From the NCBI GenBank assembly GCA_027451365.1, contig DAIDJN010000041.1, positions 96,001 to 160,000 of the forward strand: a stretch of 64,000 nt of DNA. The letters run 5' to 3'. Source of the DNA: Phycisphaerales bacterium. GTDB lineage: Bacteria > Planctomycetota > Phycisphaerae > WQYP01. The translations under genes were made by a program, and so were the position numbers. Positions 27,744-37,601 of the stretch are shown here, piece after piece; position 1 is the first letter of the stretch; every line of letters begins with the position of its first letter. The notes under the pieces are model-generated. The model made no database searches, was not told where the DNA came from, and was given only the letters and a program-made list of their open reading frames with translations.

Positions 27744-28682
27744 TTAACCTGGCGGACGCCAGCCGTCGGTTTTAAGTCGATCCACCACATCACGGGCGAC
27801 CCAGCTCATGGCGTCCATGGCACCTTGCGTGCGCGCGGCCAGATGGGGGGCCAGAATCAGGTTCTTGACACCCCAAAGCGGATATTCCGCCGGTGGGGGT
27901 TCGGGCTCGTGCACATCCAAAGCCGCGCCGGCCAGACGACCGCCTTGCAGGGCGACTGCCAGTGCCGCCGCGTCAATGACTTCCCCACGGGAAGTGTTAA
28001 TTAAATATGCGGTCTGACGCATGCGCTCAAGGGCGGCGGCGGAAATTAAATTCCGGTTGCCTTCCACATGGCTGACGTGCACCGTCAGGATATCCGATTC
28101 CGCGTAAAGCTCGGGTTTGGTTACGCTTCGGGCGGGAAAATCCACATGTGCCGCCACGTCCAGAAGGTCGTTGTAAATGACCCTCATGCCGAACGCGTAG
28201 GCCACCCGCCCCACCGCCCGGCCGATTCGCCCCATGCCCAGAATGCCCATGGTTTTGCCGTGCAGTTCCAGCCCGCGTATGGTTTTCCGGTAGGCGTGAA
28301 ACGCCTCGGCGGAAATCGAATCCGGAACGTGCACCAGCGGCCGCCCCAAATGAAATATCATATTAAATACATATTCACATACTGCGTGCATGTTGGCGCC
28401 CGGAGTGGAAATAACCGCGACGCCCCGGCGGGCGCAGGCGGCTTGATCAATATTTTCCAGGCCCACGCCGGCCCGTCCGACCACGCGGAGTTTGGGGGCC
28501 GCGGAAAGCAGCTCATCGTTTACCTGGGTGTAGGTACGCACAATCAGGCCATCGGCCAACGCCAGGTCCTTGCGCAACTGTTGTGGATTTTTCCAGCTTG
28601 ATTCAATGACGTCCACCTGGCCTTTCAGCCAGGCGAAGGGAATTGCTTCGAGTCCTTCCGTTACAACCACACAGAATGCCAT
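27744..28682 (-). CDS. D-isomer-specific 2-hydroxyacid dehydrogenase (short SerA-like)
   Basis: GRAGVGLENID, GILGMGRIG, INTSRG, LDVHEPEP and PHLAA motifs. Confidence 0.9.
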   Translation of the reverse strand: MAFCVVVTEGLEAIPFAWLKGQVDVIESSWKNPQQLRKDLALADGLIVRTYTQVNDELLSAAPKLRVVGRAGVGLENIDQAACARRGVAVISTPGANMHAVCEYVFNMIFHLGRPLVHVPDSISAEAFHAYRKTIRGLELHGKTMGILGMGRIGRAVGRVAYAFGMRVIYNDLLDVAAHVDFPARSVTKPELYAESDILTVHVSHVEGNRNLISAAALERMRQTAYLINTSRGEVIDAAALAVALQGGRLAGAALDVHEPEPPPAEYPLWGVKNLILAPHLAARTQGAMDAMSWVARDVVDRLKTDGWRPPG

Positions 28683-28748
28683 AAGAATAATGCCTTCATG
28701 CTTATCGGTTACAAATGTTAGATTCCGAATATTGCGGACAAAAGCCAG

Positions 28749-29924
28749 TTATGGAGAGGCGTTGTCCGGGGCACGCATGTCATCCGGGTTCAGACCCACG
28801 CCGCGGCACCATTCCTGGTAGGCCGCGGGGGCAATTTCGCTGGGTTTTATTTCGCTTCGCCCGCCCCAGAACACATTGGTGTATGCGATTGGAATGCCCG
28901 TGGATTCAAGGTGCCGGTCAATGGCCGCCTTGTGGGCCAGGATAAGGTTTTTGTCTTTGCCATGGGCGACTCCCATGACGTTGACATTTCCGAATTCCGG
29001 TCCGCCTTCACGCCAGTAGGCATGTGTCATTATATGGAAACGTCCCACTTCGCATCCAGCTTCAATTTCCCGTCCGGCGGGAACCGCCCAGTGAAACAGA
29101 GCGTTGTATTGCGTGACCTTGTCGCCGGTGGGAAGCGTTTTGACATGTTCCAGAAATGTGGAAAAGCGGCCAATCACGCCGAGCGTATGGAGGTCGGCCG
29201 CGACTTGAAAAAAATGATCCAATGACATGCCGATTTCAGCGGCGCGCGGCAGCCAGATATTTTGACAAATTTCAGCCGGCGCAAATTCACGCTTCAATGC
29301 CACCAGCACCTGCCATTGTTCATCGGTCAATGTGACCACCGTCGTGGGGATGGCTTCGGCCGGAACGTCCGCTTTGCTGCCGGGTTCAAGCCCGCGCCGG
29401 CGGACATGGCCCACGCCCAGCGCGAACAGCCGTTTGGCCGGCATTAACTTGAAGGAAACCGCGCCGATTCGCTGCTGCAGGTAACGGCAATGCTTTTCCA
29501 GTGAATATCCCTGCGGAACCTTCAGTGTTGTCCAGAGCCGGTATTTTGATCCTGTGGTCTGGCCATCGGTACTGCGAATGACCACATGACCGGAAAACGG
29601 GTCCTGTTGAAAAAGGTAATCAAAAGCCGCGTTGAGTTTTTCCGCCGGCACTTCCCACGCCACCAGGCAGCCTTCCGCAAGGCTGGTGGCCAGCAGCGTC
29701 TGTCGCACGCGGCGCACCACGCCGCCGCGCAGCATGGCGGTAATGCGCTCGATAACCGTATTGGTTTCCAACCCAGCCATGTTGGCGATTGCGCTGATCG
29801 GGTCGGTTTGAAAGCCCTGGATTTTGTCCTCTGAAACGGCAAGGATTCGGGCATTGATCGCATCGTGAATGTCGATGGGAATCTGCGCCTCAGAGGCCGG
29901 CGATGGAATGGTTGAACTGGTCAT
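28749..29924 (-). CDS. Lrp/AsnC-like fused siroheme decarboxylase (AhbA/B, NirDL-like)
   Basis: Two tandem AsnC-like units (GVVRRVRQ..LVAW.VP..FSGHVVIR; GVIGRF..NALFHWAVP..THAYWR). Start moved to MTSS to avoid overlap. Confidence 0.72.
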   Translation of the reverse strand: MTSSTIPSPASEAQIPIDIHDAINARILAVSEDKIQGFQTDPISAIANMAGLETNTVIERITAMLRGGVVRRVRQTLLATSLAEGCLVAWEVPAEKLNAAFDYLFQQDPFSGHVVIRSTDGQTTGSKYRLWTTLKVPQGYSLEKHCRYLQQRIGAVSFKLMPAKRLFALGVGHVRRRGLEPGSKADVPAEAIPTTVVTLTDEQWQVLVALKREFAPAEICQNIWLPRAAEIGMSLDHFFQVAADLHTLGVIGRFSTFLEHVKTLPTGDKVTQYNALFHWAVPAGREIEAGCEVGRFHIMTHAYWREGGPEFGNVNVMGVAHGKDKNLILAHKAAIDRHLESTGIPIAYTNVFWGGRSEIKPSEIAPAAYQEWCRGVGLNPDDMRAPDNASP

Positions 29925-29970
29925 GGAAGCACCCAAAAAATACCGGCGGCGCGATTGCCGCCATTCTACC

Positions 29971-30513
29971 TTAATAATTGGAACCATCATGACGAATATG
30001 CACCACGGGGCGGGCGTTGTCGTCATCACACAGGCCGCCCTGTATGGCGGTGCCGATTATCAGCTCATGGTCGGTTTTGAAATTCACACGCTGGTGCATG
30101 TCGCACCATATCCAGGCGCAGGCTTCGGTCAAAATCATTCCGCCGTTGTCCAGTCGGCGCGTTTTAACACCTTCAAACGCGGAATCACCGGTCAGGCGCT
30201 GTCGGGCATATTTTCGCATCAGGCTTTTATCCCCGGCATGACAGACGTTTAACGCGAATCCACCTGTGTGTTGAATAACATCCGCAATTTCGCGATCGCG
30301 GTGAATGGCGACCCCAATACAGATCGGCTCGCGGCTGAGCTGCTGAACGAATGAAACCAGCATGGCCGAGGCGTCGGGTCCGTGGCCGGTGGTGAGAATA
30401 AAAATACCACTGGGAATTTTACCAACCGCTCGGAAAAGCGGCAAAATAGGTTCAACGGTGCTGTCAATAATCACTGAATACTCCAAAACAGTTCCGCCGC
30501 AACAGGCTTCCAA
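29971..30513 (-). CDS. Flavin reductase-like domain protein
   Basis: GKIPSGIFILT, SFVQQ.S..P, FALNV, DHELIIG and P.VH.R.DG..Y motifs; start uncertain. Confidence 0.85.
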   Translation of the reverse strand: MEACCGGTVLEYSVIIDSTVEPILPLFRAVGKIPSGIFILTTGHGPDASAMLVSFVQQLSREPICIGVAIHRDREIADVIQHTGGFALNVCHAGDKSLMRKYARQRLTGDSAFEGVKTRRLDNGGMILTEACAWIWCDMHQRVNFKTDHELIIGTAIQGGLCDDDNARPVVHIRHDGSNY

Positions 30514-30563
30514 TCCTTATTATAGGGAAATGGGGAATACAGGCCAGCGAAAGCCTGCGGCGC

Positions 30564-30923
30564 TGTCACGTCCTGATATAGGTTGTCACTGTTGGCAATG
30601 GAAATATCAGGAATTATGGTATGCGTGGACGGGTAATAAAGCGGTTTAGTGAGTATTTCAAACTGGGTGTGGTGGAGGAGTTTGAGCAGGGAAGATCCGG
30701 GTCGATTACGGAGGCGCGACTGCACCACGGGATTACGGGCGGAACGACGATTCAGACCTGGTTAAAAAAATATGGAAGGAATCATTAGATGGCGAAGGTG
30801 GTACGAGTGGAAAAGCCAGGCGAACAAGATCGGATACAGGAGTACAAAAAGCGTATAGCGCAGTTGGAGCGGGCGTTGGGGACACCGCCGGCGGAGAATG
30901 TGTTGAAGCCGCGGCGTTTTTAG
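30564..30923 (+). mobile_element. IS3-family remnant: left end plus inactivated orfA
   Basis: TG-initiated IRL-like TGTCACGTCCTGATATAGGTTGTCA at 30564, followed by the orfA remnant; no orfB. Confidence 0.7.
30621..30923 (+). pseudogene. IS3 orfA transposase pseudogene
   Basis: MRGRVIKRFSEYFKLGVVEEFEQG..TTIQTWLKKYGRNH*MAKVVRVEKPGEQDRIQEYKKRIAQLERALG: HTH + leucine zipper with internal TAG at 30786. Confidence 0.75.
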
Positions 30924-31588
30924 ATGATGTTAATCGCCCGACTGGCCACCAGCGCCACAAGTCCCAATGAAATCATTGATTGGAGCATAATTAGTACTTT
31001 TGCCCAGCGCGAAAGTATGGCGGTGTCGGTGGGTGAAAATGCCGTGCTGGTGTTGAACGCCAGAAATAAATAATCTAAAAACCGCGGCGACCAGGCCTGT
31101 CTTTTGGCGGTAGGCAGCAGCATTTGCGGAAACAGAAAGCAGCCTTCATCATGACTGCCGCGGAGGGACCGCGCGTGCGGACCCCCGGCATCCAGCCGCC
31201 AGTACCAGAGTGCGAAAACCACGATATTCGTCGCCCAGAGTATCGCCGCCGACGCCAGCATAACGCCCGCGGATTGCGAATGTTTGGGAATTGAATACAC
31301 CAATACCGCCAGTGCGGATGCCACAAACGCCGTTAAGACGCCGGTTACAAAATGACCGACGATATGTGTGGGTCCGTACAACTGGCGGTAGTATAAAACG
31401 ATCCATAACACCAGAAGCGGCATTAAAATAGTCGGCAACAGCCATTTGGCACCCAGCAGGAGGTTCGGCGGCAGCAGCATGTAAATGCCACATGCAAAAA
31501 GTGTCGCACTTACCGGCACCCATAACGGTTCAGGACGCGGAAAAGTCGCACCGGATCGGTTCGAGGAATTGGTTGTGGCATCTACCAT
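30920..31588 (-). CDS. DUF1345-like membrane protein
   Basis: FALWYWRLDAGGP, FLFPQM, P.FLDYLFLAFNTSTAFSPTDT and SRWAK..M.QS motifs. Confidence 0.78.
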   Translation of the reverse strand: MVDATTNSSNRSGATFPRPEPLWVPVSATLFACGIYMLLPPNLLLGAKWLLPTILMPLLVLWIVLYYRQLYGPTHIVGHFVTGVLTAFVASALAVLVYSIPKHSQSAGVMLASAAILWATNIVVFALWYWRLDAGGPHARSLRGSHDEGCFLFPQMLLPTAKRQAWSPRFLDYLFLAFNTSTAFSPTDTAILSRWAKVLIMLQSMISLGLVALVASRAINII

Positions 31589-31663
31589 GTCTGTTTCCCG
31601 TTTTCCTATGACACGCGGTCCGGTCTGTCCGGCGAAGATATTTTGCCCACTCCATACGCGCGT

Positions 31664-33385
31664 TCATCGCCGGGCAAACCGGCCAATGACAGGAGCCTGC
31701 CGCAGTTCTTCCATATTCAGCATACGGGCAGTTACGGCGAACACAAGTACTGCGGCCAGCAGCACCAGCGGCAGCCGCACGGCGACCGCCGGCAGGCTGT
31801 AAACCGGTCCAAGCAGGGTGATACCGCCAACGGCAAAATTCATGAGCAGCGCCGCGGCGGCCATGGCGGCTGTTACCACCAGCGTTTTGAAAATATGGGT
31901 CGACAACTGTTTTAGTCCAAGCAGGCCGACGCGCCGGCGCAGCAACTGTAAAAGAATGAGGCATTGAATCGCCGCCGATATGCTGGTGCTTGCGGCAATT
32001 CCCCCTTCCTGCATCGGCCAGATCAAAATAAGATTCAGGGTCACGTTCAACGCGACCATGGCGGCGGCAATTTTCATGGGGGTTATCGCGTCGTCCAGGG
32101 CGTAAAAAACCCGCACCAGAATCATCTGAAGTTCAAAGGCCCATATCCCGGCACAAAACCAGCGTGCCGCCCAGACGGCACGGACCACATCGGCCGCGTT
32201 CACACGGCCGCCAAGGTAAATGGCGCAGATCAGCATATGGCAGATGATAATCATGCCGACTGCCGCGGGCAGGCTCAAAAAAAGGCTTTTGGCGATGGCC
32301 GCGCGGGTCAGGCGTTTAATTTCCGGCATATCGTTGGCCACCGCGGCCCGCGAAAGCTGCGGAAAAACCGCAGTGGCCGTGGCCACGCCGAAAATGCCCA
32401 CCGGCAATAAATAAATGCGCTGCGCTACTGAAAGCTTGCCCAGCGCTCCGGCCAGCATGGGAGTTGCTATCAAATGACCGAGTAGATGAAAATGCGGCAC
32501 ACCACCATGACCATCCGGCGAAAGCCACCAAGCTATCTGAGAATCCAGAAAAGTGTTTAGCTGCACTGCGGAAAGGCCCAGCACCATCGGCATCATGCGG
32601 CGGGTAATCAGCCGCACCGCCGGGCCGACAATTTCCGCGTGGACCGCATGTGTGGCATTTCGCATGCCGTTCAGATGCACGCCCGCGCGCCGCACATTCA
32701 ACAGCATAATCGCCAATTGCACGATGCCGGACGCCAGAACCGCCCCAGCAACCCATACAATTCGGCAGTCCAGCGGATAATGGCGCGTCCAGATCGCGAC
32801 CGGAATTGCCGCCGCCAGAATCATGGCACCATTGGCCACAATTGGCATCAGTGACTGTGCGGCGAATCGTTCATGGGCCGCTGCCATCGCGCTAAGCAAC
32901 GCCACCAGGCAGATCGCAATGCAATAGGGGAGCATAATGGCCACCATAGCCGCCGCCAGGCGATTGTTTGCCAGCACTGCATGGGACAGGGCAATGGGGA
33001 TGGCCACGGCCTCACCAGCGACGACAAGCACCAGCAGCACCAGCGAAAGAATTGCCAGCACCCGACTGGCCAGCGCATTGGCCGCATCGGGGCCGGATTC
33101 GGCACGTACCCGCGTGTAAACGGGTAGAAATATGGCGGTCAGCGCGCCTTCGCCAAAAATTCGGCGGAACAGATTGGGAAACTGAAAACCTATCCAGAAC
33201 GCGGACCAGGTGGTTCCGACGCCCAGGAAATAGCTGCAGGCTTTGTCGCGGGCCAGGCCCGACAACCGTGACAAAAATGTCAACTTGGACATTAGATTGG
33301 CATGGCGCACGAACCGTTCGGCACCCTGCCGGGGAGGCGTGGGTGCTGGATTCTCGGGCATATTTTCAATCTGCTTGTCCGCCAT
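31664..33385 (-). CDS. murJ: Lipid II flippase MurJ (MviN)
   Basis: SRLSGLARD, FQFPNLFRRIFGEGAL, QRIYLLPVGIFG and RVFYALDD..TPM motifs. Confidence 0.93.
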   Translation of the reverse strand: MADKQIENMPENPAPTPPRQGAERFVRHANLMSKLTFLSRLSGLARDKACSYFLGVGTTWSAFWIGFQFPNLFRRIFGEGALTAIFLPVYTRVRAESGPDAANALASRVLAILSLVLLVLVVAGEAVAIPIALSHAVLANNRLAAAMVAIMLPYCIAICLVALLSAMAAAHERFAAQSLMPIVANGAMILAAAIPVAIWTRHYPLDCRIVWVAGAVLASGIVQLAIMLLNVRRAGVHLNGMRNATHAVHAEIVGPAVRLITRRMMPMVLGLSAVQLNTFLDSQIAWWLSPDGHGGVPHFHLLGHLIATPMLAGALGKLSVAQRIYLLPVGIFGVATATAVFPQLSRAAVANDMPEIKRLTRAAIAKSLFLSLPAAVGMIIICHMLICAIYLGGRVNAADVVRAVWAARWFCAGIWAFELQMILVRVFYALDDAITPMKIAAAMVALNVTLNLILIWPMQEGGIAASTSISAAIQCLILLQLLRRRVGLLGLKQLSTHIFKTLVVTAAMAAAALLMNFAVGGITLLGPVYSLPAVAVRLPLVLLAAVLVFAVTARMLNMEELRQAPVIGRFARR

Positions 33386-33809
33386 GGGCCGGATATCCTT
33401 AACCCAAATCAGGGGAAATCCAATTCGTTAATGGGAATCATAATTGCAGGCCGGCTGCAGGCCAAACCGGGTCAAATGTGCCAGCGCCTTCTGGCGCCCG
33501 CAAATGGGGATTGATTGGCCTGCTTGCGGGTCGGCCTTACCGGCGGGGGGGCATGCAGGCTTTGGCGATCGTCGTCAATGCAGGCTCTCCAGCTGTGCTT
33601 GCCACAGCCGTTGGCTGGTAGGGTACTGTCCGCCAAGGCGGGCTGCCGTCTGTTGCACCGTTTGGTGGGGGCCTGTGGCATGATTGACGCATTCATGGAC
33701 GGCAACTAGCATACGTTGACGGAAAAAGGGAGGGGCCTGGGCCGGATTTACAGGCCCGCTCCGTCGCGGATTTTGGCGATTTTTAAACTGGTATTTAACT
33801 GGAATCAGC

Positions 33810-34721
33810 ATGGCAGATACGCATAACCCCACACCACACGACGACGCGGACGGTATTGTTCCTTTGTCCAGTGTGCGCAACGCCCATCAGGCGGCAACTG
33901 TGGCTGCGGCCGAGCCGACGGACCCCGTTGCCCAGGAATCGCAGTCGGAGGAATCAAATCCCCAGGACGTGCCCTTGGCAATTATTTCCGATATTCACGC
34001 CAATTACGAAGCGCTGCAGGCGGTCATGGCGGAAATTCGGTCCAGGAATATTGAACACATCTGCTGCCTGGGGGATGTGATCGGCTATGGCCCCAATCCA
34101 CTGGAATGCCTGGATGCCGTCATTGAAAATTGTGAATTCACGATTATGGGCAACCATGATTTCGCCATTTTTTACGAGCCATTCAATTTCAATACGGCGG
34201 CGGAAAACGCCGCGTATTGGACCCGCGGCCAGTTTGAAGCCGACGCCGACCGTGCCCGTCGCAACCGTCGTTGGCGTTATCTCGGAAATATGCAGACGCG
34301 CATGAACCACAAGCGATTCCTTGCGGTGCACGGTTCGCCGCGGCGCCCGATAAATGAATACATTTTCCCTGACGATATTTATTCGGCCACGGTCAAAATT
34401 CAAAGCATTTTTGACCGTATTACGCACCTTTGCTTTGTCGGCCATACGCACGTGCCGGGCGTTTTTGTGCAGCAGCCGGATTTCTATTCGCCGGAAGACT
34501 TAAACAATGAATATCGCATAAGCGATGAAAAGGCGATCATCAATGTCGGGTCGGTGGGTCAGCCGCGCGACCACGATCCGCGCGCCAGTTTTGCGATTCT
34601 GCATTCTGATCGCGTGGAATTTCTGCGGGTCGCTTACGATATCAATACAACAGTGGATAAAGTACGGTCTATCGACGCATTGGATAATTTTCTCGGGCAG
34701 CGCCTGCTGGAGGGAACGTAA
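33810..34721 (+). CDS. Calcineurin-like metallophosphoesterase
   Basis: SDIHAN, GDVIGYG, GNHD, HGSP, GHTH and NVGSVGQPRD motifs. Confidence 0.92.
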   Translation: MADTHNPTPHDDADGIVPLSSVRNAHQAATVAAAEPTDPVAQESQSEESNPQDVPLAIISDIHANYEALQAVMAEIRSRNIEHICCLGDVIGYGPNPLECLDAVIENCEFTIMGNHDFAIFYEPFNFNTAAENAAYWTRGQFEADADRARRNRRWRYLGNMQTRMNHKRFLAVHGSPRRPINEYIFPDDIYSATVKIQSIFDRITHLCFVGHTHVPGVFVQQPDFYSPEDLNNEYRISDEKAIINVGSVGQPRDHDPRASFAILHSDRVEFLRVAYDINTTVDKVRSIDALDNFLGQRLLEGT

Positions 34722-34919
34722 CAATTCGGTGTCACACTGATGAAGCCGGATTACAACGACGAATTTCTGATGCGGACCTTGTTCGGCGGACGGCCAGCGG
34801 GGTGTTGGGCTGGCGGAAAATCGGTTTCCACCCAGCTGCCGCAGATGCCCGTGTGGTTCCAGAAAAATATTCCAGATGAGGTTTGCGCCAGCCGCCAGCC
34901 CGCTTAAAACAGGAAAATC

Positions 34920-36848
34920 ATGGACTTAAAAAAATTATTTCGACTGATGCTCATTGTGCTTATTGCGGTGCTGGGCACGAATCTGGTCATGAAAGAGTTC
35001 TTTGCGCCCAAAGCGAAGCCCGCGGTTGGTAGCACCGCCGCCCCGAAGGCATCGGCCGGTCATTTGCCGATGGTCGTGATTAACCCATCGGCGGTGAAGC
35101 ATGTGACGCTTGGAGACAGCAAAGCCGGTTCTCCGTTTCATCTGGAGGTGGTGCTTAGCAACGTCGGGGCGGGCGTGGCGAAGGTGGAAATTAATTCGTC
35201 GCTGTATCGGGCCGCGCTGGATTCATCCAAACCGCTGGTGCTGCTGAAGCATCGCAAGGGATTTCCGCTGGCGTTTGCTTCGCGTTCGGCCATTATTCCC
35301 GGCCAAGGCATGTTTAATCTCAAAACCCCGTGGACGGTGACCCGGGTAATAGATCACACCACAGCCATTCTGAAGTGGCAATTGCTGGATACCAAAGAAA
35401 AGCCGCTGGCGCTGCTGGAAAAAATTTACCAGTTGAATCCAAACACGTGGAATTTGCATGTCACGCAGCGCATCATCAATGAGACTGCTCATCCATTGCG
35501 GATTGCCTTGAACCTTTTTGGCAGCACCAGCTTGCCACTGGGCCACGAAGAAACGGACCTTCGCACGGTTCAAAGTGCGACCTACCACAGTGCCAGCAAA
35601 TATCTGGACATCAGCGGATCGCCCGAAGCCTATCAGGCCAAAATGCTGGGGGCCGATACCGCTCCGGTGATTCTGGGAAGTTTTGCCGGCAAAAACAGAC
35701 TTCTCTGGATTGCCTCCTCCAATCGGTTTTTCGTTACCATTTTCCGACCGCTGCCGGCGGGTCCGCCCGAATATGAAATGCTGGACAGCGGCGTGAAAAT
35801 TCCCCGGATCAATTATCTGGGCAATGCCACAGTTAAAAGGGTCGGGGAAAAAGCCGCCCAAGCCGACCCGCGCGGCGTTCTGGCGGTGGAGCTTGCCGGC
35901 CAGACGTTGGATATTCCCGCCCATGGTCAGGCGGATATGCCTTTTACCGTCTATTGCGGCCCGAAAAAGAGAGCCATCCTGGCCGGTTCCAGCCACGCCA
36001 AGCCTGGCTCTGCCGCCTGGGATTACCGCGTCTATAACTATCTGTCCGTCATTCAGTTTAACCAGGGAAGCTGGTGTTCGTTTATCACGTTCTCCTGGCT
36101 TTCGCTGGCAATTCTAAAACTGTTGGACTGGATCCACGCGGTGGTCGGAAATTATGGCGTGGCCATCATGATTCTTGTTCTGTTTGTGCGCCTGCTGCTT
36201 CACCCGCTTACGCGCTGGGGACAGGTGAATATGAGCACGATGCAGCGTAAAATGGCCAAACTTCAGCCTGATATTGAGCGCATTAAAACCAAATATGCCA
36301 AAGACAAACAGCGCCAGCAGCAGGAAACCATGCAGCTTTATAAGGAAAAAAATGTCAATCCGGCCGCCGGCATTCTCGGTTGTCTCCCCATGCTGCTGCA
36401 AATGCCCATCTGGATCGCTCTGTATTCCGGACTGCAGGTGGATATTGATCTGCGGCAGGCGAGTTTCATTCCCGGCTGGATTACGGATCTTTCCAGTCCG
36501 GATACCCTGGCGCGGTTTCATACATCGTTTCAGGTTCCGATAATCGGCTATTCCCATCATGGGCAAGATTTTATCGCCTTTAATCTTCTGCCCCTGCTGC
36601 TGGGGGTTGTGTTCTATCTGCAAATGCAGTTTCAAATGCGGCTTTCGCCAACGCCGACAGATCCGCAGCAGAAACAGATGCAGAAAATGTCGCAATTCAT
36701 GGTGCTGGTGTTCCCTCTGTTTCTGTATAACGCTCCGTCAGGCCTTAACCTGTATATTTGTGCCAGTACCCTTGGCGGCCTGATTGACATGACCTTCATC
36801 CGGCGTCATCTGAAAAAACTTGAGGCCCGTGAGGCCGCCACTGCCTGA
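34920..36848 (+). CDS. yidC: Membrane protein insertase YidC
   Basis: Large periplasmic domain, then GNYGVAI, R..L.PL, LQP, GCLPMLLQMPIW, WITDLS.PD and PSGLNLY. Confidence 0.94.
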   Translation: MDLKKLFRLMLIVLIAVLGTNLVMKEFFAPKAKPAVGSTAAPKASAGHLPMVVINPSAVKHVTLGDSKAGSPFHLEVVLSNVGAGVAKVEINSSLYRAALDSSKPLVLLKHRKGFPLAFASRSAIIPGQGMFNLKTPWTVTRVIDHTTAILKWQLLDTKEKPLALLEKIYQLNPNTWNLHVTQRIINETAHPLRIALNLFGSTSLPLGHEETDLRTVQSATYHSASKYLDISGSPEAYQAKMLGADTAPVILGSFAGKNRLLWIASSNRFFVTIFRPLPAGPPEYEMLDSGVKIPRINYLGNATVKRVGEKAAQADPRGVLAVELAGQTLDIPAHGQADMPFTVYCGPKKRAILAGSSHAKPGSAAWDYRVYNYLSVIQFNQGSWCSFITFSWLSLAILKLLDWIHAVVGNYGVAIMILVLFVRLLLHPLTRWGQVNMSTMQRKMAKLQPDIERIKTKYAKDKQRQQQETMQLYKEKNVNPAAGILGCLPMLLQMPIWIALYSGLQVDIDLRQASFIPGWITDLSSPDTLARFHTSFQVPIIGYSHHGQDFIAFNLLPLLLGVVFYLQMQFQMRLSPTPTDPQQKQMQKMSQFMVLVFPLFLYNAPSGLNLYICASTLGGLIDMTFIRRHLKKLEAREAATA

Positions 36849-36872
36849 GGCCCGACGCCCATAGGCACCTGC

Positions 36873-37478
36873 GTGCGGCGTCCGGCAAGGATCATTTGCG
36901 TGCCCAAACTATTTGCCAAAAAGCATTTACGCCGGCATCCTGGCCGGTCCGCTGTTCCGCGTGGGGGTAATCCCCGGCCGCCAAAGCCGCGTTCCATGGT
37001 GTCGGTCAATCCGCGACCTGTGGCCATCAATATGCCTGGCGGGAAACGCCTTGTTACAACTTTGGTGCGCCCAAAGGGCGAGTCGCGATCGGTGCCGGCC
37101 CATTCGGTTATTGTGCTGGTGGGGAAATCCGGTCGGCGGATTCCTTGGAAGCCCGGCACGCAATATACCGGCGGCGCAATGTGGCATTCAGATGTCCGCG
37201 GTAATCTGTTTGGCTATGATTTCCGCCACCCCGGGCAGGTTTATATCTGCCGGCTGAACGGCGAACATGTGGCCAAATTGTACCTGAGCCTGTTGCGCAA
37301 GAATATACTTAAGCCCGTGTTTTTCCGCACCAGTTCGCGCGGCATCCGGTACATTGCCGCCAATGGTCTGCGCAAGACGCTGACCTGGAGCGCTGTGGAA
37401 AGAAACCTGCGGCGGCGGCGTGGGACGCCCTACGCCCGCAATGCCATGCGCTGGCTGACGGGCGGCCAAAGCCGTTAA
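36873..37478 (+). CDS. Hypothetical basic protein
   Basis: Fills the yidC-recN gap on the same strand; no recognisable motif; start uncertain (GTG 36873 or ATG 36996). Confidence 0.4.
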   Translation: MRRPARIICVPKLFAKKHLRRHPGRSAVPRGGNPRPPKPRSMVSVNPRPVAINMPGGKRLVTTLVRPKGESRSVPAHSVIVLVGKSGRRIPWKPGTQYTGGAMWHSDVRGNLFGYDFRHPGQVYICRLNGEHVAKLYLSLLRKNILKPVFFRTSSRGIRYIAANGLRKTLTWSAVERNLRRRRGTPYARNAMRWLTGGQSR

Positions 37479-37601
37479 TTTTTCTTCAGTTCCAATGTTC
37501 CCGGCTAAGCGGCCCTATGCGTTTGGTCAAACCCCGGTAGAATACCCTTCCCGGGCAAGGGGCGGCTTTGTCCGGCTGTGAAACGTGTTCCATGGTGCGC
37601 C

